DNA of 64,000 bases, taken from positions 388,420 to 452,419 of the forward strand of contig NZ_PQSP01000002.1 in NCBI RefSeq assembly GCF_003991585.1. The letters are read 5' to 3'. The stretch is from Saezia sanguinis (GTDB lineage Bacteria > Pseudomonadota > Gammaproteobacteria > Burkholderiales > Burkholderiaceae_C). Shown here piece by piece: positions 28,401-36,881 of the stretch. Each line of letters starts with the position of its first letter. The stretch's first letter is position 1. The notes beneath the pieces were generated by a model. That model did not search any database. It was not told where the DNA came from and saw only the letters and a program-made list of their open reading frames with translations. The position numbers were made by a program, and so were the translations under genes.

Positions 28401-30863
28401 TGTATCGAGAATACGGCGGGCGGCATCCTGCACGTTTTGTGCTTTACGCTGACGCTCGTCCAGCAGAGACTGTTTGTGAGACTCAAATGTCTCAAGCACT
28501 TCTTCGCGTTTGGCGAGAATGTCTCCCAGAAATTCTTCATGATCACCGAACTGGCCTTCCAGTTCTTCAAGCTGTACCAGCAGGCGCGATAACTGGTCAT
28601 CGCATTTTTCAGGGTCTTGTGAGAGCGCCAGGGCGTTGACAATGCTCTGGCTGAAAAGGCTGAACTGGGCACCAAACTGCGCTACGGTTTCCGCCGAACC
28701 CAGGCCTTTACGGCGTTGTTCCGCGCGTGCTTTGCTTTGGTTGAGCTTGGCATATACCTCGGAGATGGCCTCGATGATGTGTGTGCGCTGCGTTGCATCT
28801 TCAATCTGGAGTGTGCCCATCAGGCTGGTGAGCATATCCAGGTCATTGGCCATGCTTTGCATGGCTGCCATCGGGATTGACAAGGCGTTGACGGTTTTAG
28901 CCTTCTGTGCCTGTGCGTCCAGTTCCTGCAACTGCGTGGTGAAAGGCAGCAGCGCCGTATCACTGGCTAAAAAGGTGGCGGTGGCTGCTGCCGTGCGCTC
29001 CTGTGCGGCCAGCAGATCGGTTTCCATCTGGTCGATGACAGCGGTATCTATATAGCGGTAGTCACGTATGGTCAGCAGCAGGCCACGCTGAGCGGTAATG
29101 TCGTTCAACGCACCCACATACTGCTGAACGTTGTCCCATCCTTCGGGCAGCAGCAGGTTCAGCAGGTTTTTCTGCTTAGCCTGCGCATCAGCCAGTGCCT
29201 GCGCTGACTGGCTGCGAATGCTTTCAACTTTTTCATATTCGTCCAGCACCATTTCAGCGGTGGCGGTGATTTCGCGCAACAGTGCTGGCAGTTGCTTAAG
29301 CTGCGCATCGCCCAGCCAGTGATAGGCGTCAAACAGGCGGCGTACATGCTGGCACAGCATGGAGTAACGTTGCACAGAGACGGAAGGGGAGGCAATTTCA
29401 CGGCAGAGTTCGTAAAAGTCAGAAATACCACGAACCAGTTCTGCATTACCTACCCGGCCAAAGAAACCGTTACGGGCCGGCTGGCGTGCAGCGTACTCTT
29501 CAGAGTAAAACGGCGTTTGCCAGATTTGCATCGGGTGGATACGTGTCGGTTCATTGCCTTCAGAGTGGAAAATGACCATGCGGCCGTCTTCCAGCCTGGC
29601 ATAACCGTGTCCCAGAACCGGCGGCTCCAGTTGGCGGCTGATGACGTCGTAGGTGAGCAGAACGGAATTGCCTACTTCCGGGTCGTAAAAAATGTACAGC
29701 ACATCTTCGCCGTTGGGCGAGCGTACAGTGCGTTTGAAGCGCATGCCCAACATGGGGATGTCAAACGTTTTGAATTCGCCGTTTTGCAGATAGTACCCAC
29801 CCGGAAAGATAATGCCATGGTCTTCCGGCAGTTGAATACACGCCAGCCCCAGCGCATCTACGCGTGCGATTTTCTGATTCAGCTTGTTGTAAATGTAATG
29901 GCGCCATTGCTGCTCACGGTAGGGCAGGATTTTAAGCAGCAGCAAAGAGCCCAGTTCGGCAAATTCAACCCGCAGGTCGCCAAGCGCCTGGTTTTCGTCT
30001 TCTACTTTTTCCGTGAAGATAATCTGCCCATCGGGGGTGTTGTTTTCAATTTTGAAGGTGAGTGTGCCGCGCCGTTGTTCAATGAACAGGGTGTTGGCAA
30101 TGTTCATATACAGCCTTCGGGCTGTATCGATGATCATCTCGCGCGTGGTGTGAAGCCATTCAAAATCATAAGGGGCGGGCAGCGCAATATCGCGGTCGCC
30201 CCGGTTATCAATGTACTGAATTTGGCTGCTGTCGCCATTGGCAGGCAGTGCCCAGCGGAATACGCGGATATCGGTGTAGCGCTCGCCGATCTGGAAACTG
30301 GCCAGCAGCTTGTTGTCCCGTACCATCAACTGCAGCAGCTTGGTGTCTTTGTAATAAGTGTAAAGTTCGTTGAAGTCTGCAATGAAGCGTGGATGGGTCA
30401 GAAAGCTGCCTTCAGCCGGGCAGGCCTCTACATCGTAGCCTTCTTCTGTTTCTACCAGGCGATACAGGGAGAATACGTCGGAGATGGCGGTTTCTTTTTT
30501 CAGCCCGATAAATACGTTGTAACCAAACAGCAGAAAATCACCAACGCGGACAATGTCGCGTGCGATGCAGTTGTTTTCGGTGCGGATGCGTACCCGTCCG
30601 ATGACTTCCATGTGGCTGTCGCCAAACTCTTTGAGGCGATGCTCATTGAGTTTTTGCGTGATGTCCTTGAGCCGCAGCCCCTGGTCCTGCAGGCGCCGGT
30701 TAAGTACTTCGTAAGCGCCGCCTTCGGCGACGGCTTTATCCACCATATCCTGAGCATCTGGAGTTTCAGCTGGCATGTCTGTCATGTCGATATTCCTGCA
30801 AGTGAGCTCTTCATACCGGTAGAACAAATGCCGCTTGACTGCAAGCGGCCTGATGAAAGGCAA
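25473..30863 (-). CDS. giant (~1770-1796 aa) uncharacterised protein with a C-terminal MoxR/AAA_5-like ATPase module and a long coiled-coil-rich N-terminal region
   Basis: Walker A LISPPGYGKTTLMEYVA, Walker B NNVMLYVDDIQH, sensor VVMAGNPYTE and Arg-finger region LANRADIYNLGE near aa 1290-1500. Upstream are ~1200 aa of helical/coiled-coil sequence with no recognisable family. The likely true start is ATG at 30785, preceded by AGGAA; the ORF-track start is TTG at 30863. Confidence 0.7.
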   Translation of the reverse strand: MPFIRPLAVKRHLFYRYEELTCRNIDMTDMPAETPDAQDMVDKAVAEGGAYEVLNRRLQDQGLRLKDITQKLNEHRLKEFGDSHMEVIGRVRIRTENNCIARDIVRVGDFLLFGYNVFIGLKKETAISDVFSLYRLVETEEGYDVEACPAEGSFLTHPRFIADFNELYTYYKDTKLLQLMVRDNKLLASFQIGERYTDIRVFRWALPANGDSSQIQYIDNRGDRDIALPAPYDFEWLHTTREMIIDTARRLYMNIANTLFIEQRRGTLTFKIENNTPDGQIIFTEKVEDENQALGDLRVEFAELGSLLLLKILPYREQQWRHYIYNKLNQKIARVDALGLACIQLPEDHGIIFPGGYYLQNGEFKTFDIPMLGMRFKRTVRSPNGEDVLYIFYDPEVGNSVLLTYDVISRQLEPPVLGHGYARLEDGRMVIFHSEGNEPTRIHPMQIWQTPFYSEEYAARQPARNGFFGRVGNAELVRGISDFYELCREIASPSVSVQRYSMLCQHVRRLFDAYHWLGDAQLKQLPALLREITATAEMVLDEYEKVESIRSQSAQALADAQAKQKNLLNLLLPEGWDNVQQYVGALNDITAQRGLLLTIRDYRYIDTAVIDQMETDLLAAQERTAAATATFLASDTALLPFTTQLQELDAQAQKAKTVNALSIPMAAMQSMANDLDMLTSLMGTLQIEDATQRTHIIEAISEVYAKLNQSKARAEQRRKGLGSAETVAQFGAQFSLFSQSIVNALALSQDPEKCDDQLSRLLVQLEELEGQFGDHEEFLGDILAKREEVLETFESHKQSLLDERQRKAQNVQDAARRILDTLPRRTARLNKPEEMNAFFASDPLILKLRELVSRLRELHDSVRADDVEARLKSARDQALRSLRDKTELFEDGGNVIKLGPRHRFSVNTQELDLTLLPRDNHLCIHLTGTDYFEPLNNPELENLRDYWQISIESETPQLYRGEYLAAQILKAASQQQEGLSLNLLKTQLAQPDVLGKTVRDFATPRYKEGYEKGIHDHDATLLLLQLLPLAESAGLLRYSPLPRALAGLFWQYTRANEEASALWIERARASKSIQLLFGRAQGITALRQEIAQSIQDWFDKTGLSYDQSVAHEAADYLVQALAADRVEFTFSKYGKQLQDALQLRLQGERMWDDFRQALQRLGERPDAQWGQVENALQGLCQADESQNLNAIAGYIPEAIVLFLLTEDFPLRFTETDLRFTVKDLMGTHPRIENQQMHLSVDDFFARVRQHTEVFLPALNRYQLLRQNIIAQERESLRLEEFKPRPLTSFVRNRLINDVYLPVIGDNLAKQMGTVGESKRSDLMGLLMLISPPGYGKTTLMEYVAHRLGLIFMKINGPSLGHRVHSLDPAQAPDATSRQELEKLNLALEMGNNVMLYVDDIQHTNAEFLQKFISLCDGTRRIEGVWKGRTKTYDMRARRFCVVMAGNPYTESGEVFKIPDMLANRADIYNLGETLGGMQEAFALSYIENSLTSNAVLAPLATRDMADVYRFVDKADGKEISNNEFSYSYSAAEINEIVGTLQRMFTIREVVLKVNQQYIASAAQADKYRTEPPFRLQGSYRNMNKMAEKISAIMNEGEIAQVINDHYQGEAQLLTTGAEENLLKLSELRGRMTEEQQQRWEQIRQDFLRIKAMGGDDADTGMRVVAQLNDLVNEFQGFAQFVENKPDTPPLQIPWQQIFDQLEKLEQPPAPPNVSVNLSTQPQPGVAEILQGMASTLEKSFIPVMKLMDKKLEVDLRSQKNIVNLTNGLRKLATLMGHTQVIETMKDSDTSDYYDRK

Positions 30864-30970
30864 TGGCCTGTCATATCACTGTCCCGGCATTGGTCGTATC
30901 TATACGCTTTGCTGGCGCGGTGCAGCAGCAAAAGCGTTTGCTTTGTTTGCTGCACCGTGTGCACGGGAGA

Positions 30971-33031
30971 TTACTGGTCTTTGGGTGACACAGGCAGATC
31001 GCCAATGACGCTGCCAGTGTTGCCACCTTTACCACTGAGCAGCCTGGTCAGCAGGTCCTGTACCAGCGGGCTCTTCCCAACCACGCCTTCAATGGATTTG
31101 CCAATGGAAAGAGACTTGGCAAACGCATTGAAATAGTCGCCACCGCCGCCCACCAGTTCAACCTTGGCCTTGGACAGCGCTGCGGCCAGCACTTCGGCCT
31201 GTTCTTTGGCGATTTCTTTGTTGGCAGCAATAGCGGCCATGGCTTCGTCAAAGTCTTTTTCAAGCTGCATGCGGAATTCTTCGTGCGCGCGGGTGTTGTC
31301 GGTAAGGGTGTCCATGGCATGGAATTTCTTGGCCAGACCTTCCGATTCGGAATTGAGGCGGTCCAGCAGTGCCTGTGCTTCTGCGGTGCCCAGTTCTTTC
31401 GTGGCTCTGGCTTTGGCAATACCCAGTTGTTCTTCGCCGCGTGCCTGTGCAAACAGTTTTTCTTCCAGCACTTTGGCTTCAGCCAGACCATCTTTTTCTT
31501 TGGCAGCGGCTTTGGCTTCTATGACACGGGCTTCTGCCATGCCTTTTTCCTGCTCGCCCTTGGCTTCGGCAATGATCAGTTCTGCCTGCACCTTGGCCGT
31601 TGCCAGGCCGTCTTTTTCTTTAGCTGCTGCGGTGACTTCCAGCACACGGGCATCGGCCAGGCCGGGGGCAGCACGTTCAGCTTCCACACCCTGTGCCATA
31701 CGGATCTTGGCTTCGGCCTGCTTGGCGGCTGCTTCCAGTTCAGCCTGAGCCATGGTGTTGATTTCAACGGCTTTGTGTTTGGAACGTTCTTCATCAGCCT
31801 GCGCTTTTTTCACCTGCTGCACCAGTTCCTGTTCAGCAATGGCTTCTGCTTCCAGAATAGCGACCTGTTTGTTCCGGTCGGCCTCGGAGACAACACGTAC
31901 TTCTTTGATGCGCTCTTCTTCCTGAGCTACGGTTTTATCCACAGCGACACGTTCACGAATGACGTTGGCAATGTTTTTGCGTTCTTCTTCAAGTGCCTTT
32001 TCTTTGTCAATGCGTTGCAGTTCCACATCGCGTTCGCGTGCAACAACTTCCAGATCACGGGCACGGGTGACTTTTTCAACTTCAATGACAACGGCACGCT
32101 GGCGGTTTTGTTCGGCAATTTCAACTTCGCGCTGCTGGTTTTGCAGGCGCACGTCAATCTGTTCCTGGGCGGCAATGCGGGCTTCTTCCGAACGCAGGCG
32201 CTGCTGTTCTTTGACCAACTGGGTTTCAGCTTCTTCACGCGCCTGGGTGCTTTCAATTTCACGCTTTTGCTGCGCTTCGGCAACGGCCTGTTGGCGGTCC
32301 AGCGCCAGTGATTTTTCTTTGGCCTCGACGTTTTCTTTCTGTTTGGTCAGCTCTTCATAGCGCTGAATGCGGTTGGTTTCAATGCTTTCTTTGGCTGTGC
32401 GGTCGGTAATTTTACGGATACCTTCGGAATCCATGATGTTGTTGGGATCCAGGAATTCAACTTTAGTTTGCTCCAGGTAGTCAATTGCAACATCTTCCAG
32501 CACATAGCCATTGAGGCCTTCGATGACGATTTTGATTTCGTCGCGGAATTGCAGCCGTTTTTCAAACAGTTCTTCCAGGTTGAATTTTTTCCCGGCGGTT
32601 TTTAATGCTTCGGAAAATTTGGCGTTGAAGAGCTGATCCAGCGCACGGTGGTCAGAGGCACGCTCCACACCAACCGACTGTGCAACCTGCAGCACATCCT
32701 CCGAGGTTTTGTTCACGCGCATATAAAATGAAACGCTGATGTCTGCACGCAGATTGTCTTTACAGATCAGCCCGTCTTTGCCCCGGCGTTCAATTTGCAG
32801 GGTGACCAGGGAGATTTTCATCAATTCCTTGATATGCAGCACAGGGAAGACGAACGACCCGGTAAAACTGACTTTAGGTTGTCTGTGCATCAGACCGTTT
32901 CTGATCAAAGCCGTGCCTTGCGGTACTTTGGTGTAAAAAGCTTTGAGTACTGCAAATATAACCAAAATGAAAACGACAAGAGAGACAAGTACCACCCCAA
33001 TTGTCGTGATGAGCGTGCCAGTAACATTCAT
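30971..33031 (-). CDS. flotillin / SPFH (band-7) family protein with long Glu/Ala/Lys-rich coiled coil (YqiK/FloT-like, 686 aa)
   Basis: N-terminal TM helix plus SPFH domain (FYTKVPQGTALIRNG...ISLVTLQIERRGKDGLICKDNLRADISVSFYMRV). This is followed by an ~350-aa EA-rich coiled coil. Confidence 0.85.
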   Translation of the reverse strand: MNVTGTLITTIGVVLVSLVVFILVIFAVLKAFYTKVPQGTALIRNGLMHRQPKVSFTGSFVFPVLHIKELMKISLVTLQIERRGKDGLICKDNLRADISVSFYMRVNKTSEDVLQVAQSVGVERASDHRALDQLFNAKFSEALKTAGKKFNLEELFEKRLQFRDEIKIVIEGLNGYVLEDVAIDYLEQTKVEFLDPNNIMDSEGIRKITDRTAKESIETNRIQRYEELTKQKENVEAKEKSLALDRQQAVAEAQQKREIESTQAREEAETQLVKEQQRLRSEEARIAAQEQIDVRLQNQQREVEIAEQNRQRAVVIEVEKVTRARDLEVVARERDVELQRIDKEKALEEERKNIANVIRERVAVDKTVAQEEERIKEVRVVSEADRNKQVAILEAEAIAEQELVQQVKKAQADEERSKHKAVEINTMAQAELEAAAKQAEAKIRMAQGVEAERAAPGLADARVLEVTAAAKEKDGLATAKVQAELIIAEAKGEQEKGMAEARVIEAKAAAKEKDGLAEAKVLEEKLFAQARGEEQLGIAKARATKELGTAEAQALLDRLNSESEGLAKKFHAMDTLTDNTRAHEEFRMQLEKDFDEAMAAIAANKEIAKEQAEVLAAALSKAKVELVGGGGDYFNAFAKSLSIGKSIEGVVGKSPLVQDLLTRLLSGKGGNTGSVIGDLPVSPKDQ

Positions 33032-33086
33032 GCCTGATATCCCCTTAAAAGCAAATAAACCCAGAACAGTTTTTGTGATGAATTAT

Positions 33087-33758
33087 TCAATAGCCTTTAA
33101 ATTCATCTTCGCTGATGACCCGATAGGTTCTTGAATCTTCCAGATATTCGATTAAAACAACCCGATCACCGCGTTTGATCCCTTTTGATGCGTCGGCAAC
33201 AATATCCAATATCATCCCAGCTTCACCATCATTTAACACCGCTTCTCCAAAACGCTCGTTCACGTAAGAACTGCGAACGGTGACGGTTTGACCAAGGAAT
33301 GAGCGGTTGGACGGCGCATCCTGGTTTTTAAACACGATTCTGCGCAGCGGTTTGCATACCTGCGCAGTGAGCCAGACCGAGGCCGCAAATGCAGCAATGA
33401 AGACAACGATGCCGGCTGGATAGTAGATGATAGCGATATGAATATGACTCAGCAGCAAAGCCTGAGCGATGTAGGAGACCATCCATCCAAAAAGCGACAA
33501 CAGGGAGACAACCAGCGTAATCGGAATACCATTAAGGCCAAAGCGCGACAGGAAGCCTACCGCCTCTCCGGTTGTGTGCATCCCATGGTCAAGGTGGCTA
33601 CCGACATCTCCGGCGTCTATGTCCAAACCCCCGGCATCCCCTGCATCAACGTCAAACAAGCCAAAAATAGTCAGCAACCCGAGTATCAGTGACAAGCACA
33701 GGAAGAAAGTAAAGATGACCGTTGGAAACAACAGAAAATTTGCAAAAAATGCAGCCAT
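33087..33758 (-). CDS. NfeD-like (YqiJ/DUF1449-type) membrane protein with C-terminal OB-fold-like soluble domain
   Basis: N-terminal polytopic membrane region, an acidic Asp/Gly loop and a C-terminal beta-rich domain (GQTVTVRSSYVNERFGEAVLNDGEAGMILDIVAD...RVVLIEY). It sits in the canonical partner position immediately upstream of flotillin, as in E. coli yqiJK. Confidence 0.6.
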   Translation of the reverse strand: MAAFFANFLLFPTVIFTFFLCLSLILGLLTIFGLFDVDAGDAGGLDIDAGDVGSHLDHGMHTTGEAVGFLSRFGLNGIPITLVVSLLSLFGWMVSYIAQALLLSHIHIAIIYYPAGIVVFIAAFAASVWLTAQVCKPLRRIVFKNQDAPSNRSFLGQTVTVRSSYVNERFGEAVLNDGEAGMILDIVADASKGIKRGDRVVLIEYLEDSRTYRVISEDEFKGY

Positions 33759-33862
33759 TAACCTTTCTCCTTTGCTTTTATAGTATGCCCCAAAGGGGAG
33801 CTTGCTTCCTTGATGGCTGTATGCCAGGTGCGGCAGTAAGCGGCACCTGGCTCAATCGCAGT

Positions 33863-34558
33863 TTATGAATCGGCCTTTTCCTTCAAGCGGGCCAATACGT
33901 TGGCAGCGCTGTGTTCTTCAGGAATAATGCCCGCAGTGCGCAGCTTGTTTTCCAGCAGCGTGTCCTGATCTTCCTGGGCAGCCAGCTCGTTGCTTGCGTC
34001 GATTTTTGCTGCACGCTCAGCCTGTCTTTTCTTGATGCGCTCCAGCGATTCCAGTGCCGTGTGCATTTTGGCCTGCGAGCCGCCATAACGTTGAGAAACC
34101 GCCATCTGTGCTTTTTGTACGTTTTCGGTTGCCCGTACGGTATCAGCCTGCTGCTTCACACGTTTGATGTGCGTTTCTATTTGAGAGACAGCGCGGCGCA
34201 GTTGCTCAACGCTGCGGGCATAGCCGCCAGCCTGCGTCTGGGATTCTGAGAGTCCGATTTCCAGATTGGCGATTTTCCCAGCAACCTCTTTGGCCAGCTC
34301 TTCATTGTTGGCTTCCAGCGCTTTCAGGGCATACTGCTCGTATTCGGCGATTTTGTCCTCAATTTTTTTGACATCGGCATCGGCCAGCTTCTGCTTGGCC
34401 ATGATTTCCGCCAGTGCTTCCTTGGAACGGCGCAGTTCCTCGTCTGCATCACGAATTTCCTGATCCAGGATGCGCAGTGCCTGGCTGTCAACGATGGATT
34501 CACCCATTTCGTGGGCTCCGCCGCGTAACGCCGTGATCATTTTGCTCCAGATACTCAT
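33863..34558 (-). CDS. PspA/IM30 (phage-shock protein A / Vipp1 / YjfJ) family protein (231 aa)
   Basis: MSIWSKMITALRGGAHEMGESIVDSQALRILDQEIRDADEELRRSKEALAEIMA is the typical PspA N-terminal amphipathic helix. The protein is coiled-coil throughout. Confidence 0.8.
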   Translation of the reverse strand: MSIWSKMITALRGGAHEMGESIVDSQALRILDQEIRDADEELRRSKEALAEIMAKQKLADADVKKIEDKIAEYEQYALKALEANNEELAKEVAGKIANLEIGLSESQTQAGGYARSVEQLRRAVSQIETHIKRVKQQADTVRATENVQKAQMAVSQRYGGSQAKMHTALESLERIKKRQAERAAKIDASNELAAQEDQDTLLENKLRTAGIIPEEHSAANVLARLKEKADS

Positions 34559-34579
34559 TTCATTTCTCCTTGATAAGGC

Positions 34580-35203
34580 TCAGACGCTCTCTTTAAGATG
34601 GTCTTGGTAGGCTTCAGTGGCCTTGATGATATTGTCAGCCAGCACTTCAATTTCCAGCACCACGTTTTCCAGTTTGGAAGTCGCGCTCAAGGCGCCAAAC
34701 ATGGTGTAGTAACTGGGACCTTCTGGCGGTGTTTCCAATGCAATGCTCGACAGGGGAAACAGTTTGTGCGTGCGCAAAATGGCGTCGTTAAATTTAACAA
34801 CGTCTTTGACATCGTCCGTAGACCACAGGGTGCCTTCAATGACAATCTGATCACCCGAGACCGCAACAAACAAGGGTAACTCGCCATAATCATGCATCTC
34901 AATGTGCAGACTCGAATCCGCTCCTTGCAGCAACTCTACGGCAGCACGCCCTTCTGCGAACAGGGGGGTGGTTGCCAAAGCCGCATATAGCGAATTTGCA
35001 GTCCAGACCTGAGGTGTTGTATTCATCCCATTCTCCTTTTCTGTGAGCACTGCCCCAGATTGAGGCAAGCGTAATTGACGCTCAATATGGCTCAGTGCCT
35101 TCGCATGCTCCGGCAATATCCATATCTCCTTTTTTACCAAACCTTGCTCACGCAGGCGTTGTCTGTAAAGGCGCTGGTAGTAGGCAGAAGATTTGCTTTT
35201 CAT
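34580..35203 (-). CDS. YjfI-like (DUF2170-type) protein; first gene of the PspA-flotillin operon
   Basis: It lies directly upstream of the PspA paralogue, as yjfI-yjfJ do in E. coli. An internal ATG at 35026 (MNTTPQVW…) is preceded by a strong AAAAGGAGAATGGG Shine-Dalgarno and would give a 149-aa product of DUF2170-like size. The first 59 codons may be an extension or a leader. Confidence 0.45.
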   Translation of the reverse strand: MKSKSSAYYQRLYRQRLREQGLVKKEIWILPEHAKALSHIERQLRLPQSGAVLTEKENGMNTTPQVWTANSLYAALATTPLFAEGRAAVELLQGADSSLHIEMHDYGELPLFVAVSGDQIVIEGTLWSTDDVKDVVKFNDAILRTHKLFPLSSIALETPPEGPSYYTMFGALSATSKLENVVLEIEVLADNIIKATEAYQDHLKESV

Positions 35204-35945
35204 ATGCGTATATTAACCTCATGTTAGTAACATGTCAATAAATGACATGTGTAATTCAGGTGTGTTTGTGGAAAAGATACAATAGAAGATACAACTTACA
35301 TAGCAGACATATTAACTGAAAAATTCTTACATGTTTAAACATTAATGTAAGCCAATTTCACGATAGATGATAATTAATTGGGAAAAAGCCAAATAAGACA
35401 CATTTTTTGATGGCATTTTGCCTGAATAAAGTATGCGTGATGGCACTGGCGTATGTATTCAAAATGAATTGGTCTTGTTTTTATCTGTGAAGATACTGAA
35501 ATTTTGGAATTGACATGTTATTTGTCTGTGTGAGAACGGCAGGCCACAAAAAGCGGCTGGCACCTGAAAGGTGCAGCAAACGGTATGAATACTTCAACGG
35601 ACTGCAAATCCAAGGCGTGGTATGGGTAAAAAAGAGTGAAAAAACAATGCTCCTATCAGGTGTATTTGCCTTTATTTTCTGCAACTGAAATAAAAATTAT
35701 TTTTATCTGAAGTTGTTGATATTTGAGCAGTTTTTCGTAGCAACCGCTCCGCAGCGCTTGTCAAATAGGGTAAAACCCCTGCACGATGCAAATACCCTGG
35801 TGATACACTCGCTTTCGTGTCAGCATTTGCTGCTGTTTGTGTTTTTGAACAAACCAACTCAGGCATTGACACTAAAAGTATTAAAAATGAGATGGGTTGA
35901 GGCCAGACTCAATCTGACCCCCTAATAATTCAACTGAGGTATCAG

Positions 35946-36872
35946 ATGAAGAAAACCAGGTTTTGTCGCTGGTTGTTGTTTCTGTGGGCGACGTTCGCGT
36001 TAACCGGATGCAGCAAATTGGTTCTGTTTGATTCAAAGGGCCCGGTGGGTATTGCAGAGCGTAACATCATCATCATGGCATTTGTCGCAATGCTGATTGT
36101 TGTGATTCCTGTCATCATCATGTCGGTATGGTTTGCCTACCATTACCGCGAGGGCAATGAAAAGGCCAAATATGACCCGGGCTTTACGCACTCGACCAAG
36201 ATCGAGTTTTTTGTCTGGGGCATTCCCATTGTCATCATTATTTTTCTGGCTTATCTGGCGTATCGGGGGTCGCACGACCTGGACCCGTACAAGCCGCTGG
36301 CCTCAGAGGAAAAGCCGGTCACGATTCAGGCGGTGGCGCTGAATTGGAAGTGGCTGTTCATTTACCCTGAGCAGGGGATTGCCACGGTCAATGAAATTTA
36401 TTTTCCCAAAGATGTGCCGGTGAATTTCCGCATCACTTCCGATGCGCCGATGAATTCGTTTTTCATTCCCCAACTGGGCGGGCAGATTTATGCCATGGCC
36501 GGCATGCAGACGCAGTTGCATCTGATGGCGCATGAGACGGGGACTTTCCGCGGCATGTCTTCCAACTACAGCGGGGCCGGTTTTGCCGGGATGCATTTCA
36601 CAGCGGTAGCCACTGAAGACAGAAATGCGTTTGATGCCTGGGTCGAAAAAGTCCGCAGCGAAGGGCAGTCATTGGATGACATTCGCTACAGCCAGTTGGC
36701 ACAGGACAGCAAGTTTGATCCGGTGGCGTATTTTTCGCAGGTGAAACCGGGGCTGTTCCAGCAGATCATGCATCAGTACAATTCCAAGCGCACCATGAAC
36801 CATGCCGGACATGTGATGACATCTGGGGATGAGGCGCAGATGATGCACAACAACCATATGCAGCAATTTTAA
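35946..36872 (+). CDS. cyoA: cytochrome bo3 ubiquinol oxidase subunit II
   Basis: Lipoprotein signal (LTGCS), two TM helices and a CuA-less quinol oxidase subunit II domain. It is first in the cyoABCDE order. Confidence 0.9.
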   Translation: MKKTRFCRWLLFLWATFALTGCSKLVLFDSKGPVGIAERNIIIMAFVAMLIVVIPVIIMSVWFAYHYREGNEKAKYDPGFTHSTKIEFFVWGIPIVIIIFLAYLAYRGSHDLDPYKPLASEEKPVTIQAVALNWKWLFIYPEQGIATVNEIYFPKDVPVNFRITSDAPMNSFFIPQLGGQIYAMAGMQTQLHLMAHETGTFRGMSSNYSGAGFAGMHFTAVATEDRNAFDAWVEKVRSEGQSLDDIRYSQLAQDSKFDPVAYFSQVKPGLFQQIMHQYNSKRTMNHAGHVMTSGDEAQMMHNNHMQQF

Positions 36873-36881
36873 AAACGGGGC

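Noticed and set aside
29292-31136. 614-aa plus-strand ORF, along with many other long antisense ORFs (e.g. 31283..32311, 41985..43343, 54689..55483, 56057..57223, 60952..61767, 1072..1803, 3190..4059, 4582..5415)
   Set aside because: All lie antisense to strongly supported genes (giant ATPase, flotillin, mgtA, lysS, the DEAD-box helicase, NUDIX, cdiA). Their translations are low-complexity Ala/Arg/Gly-rich strings typical of shadow ORFs in GC-rich coding DNA.
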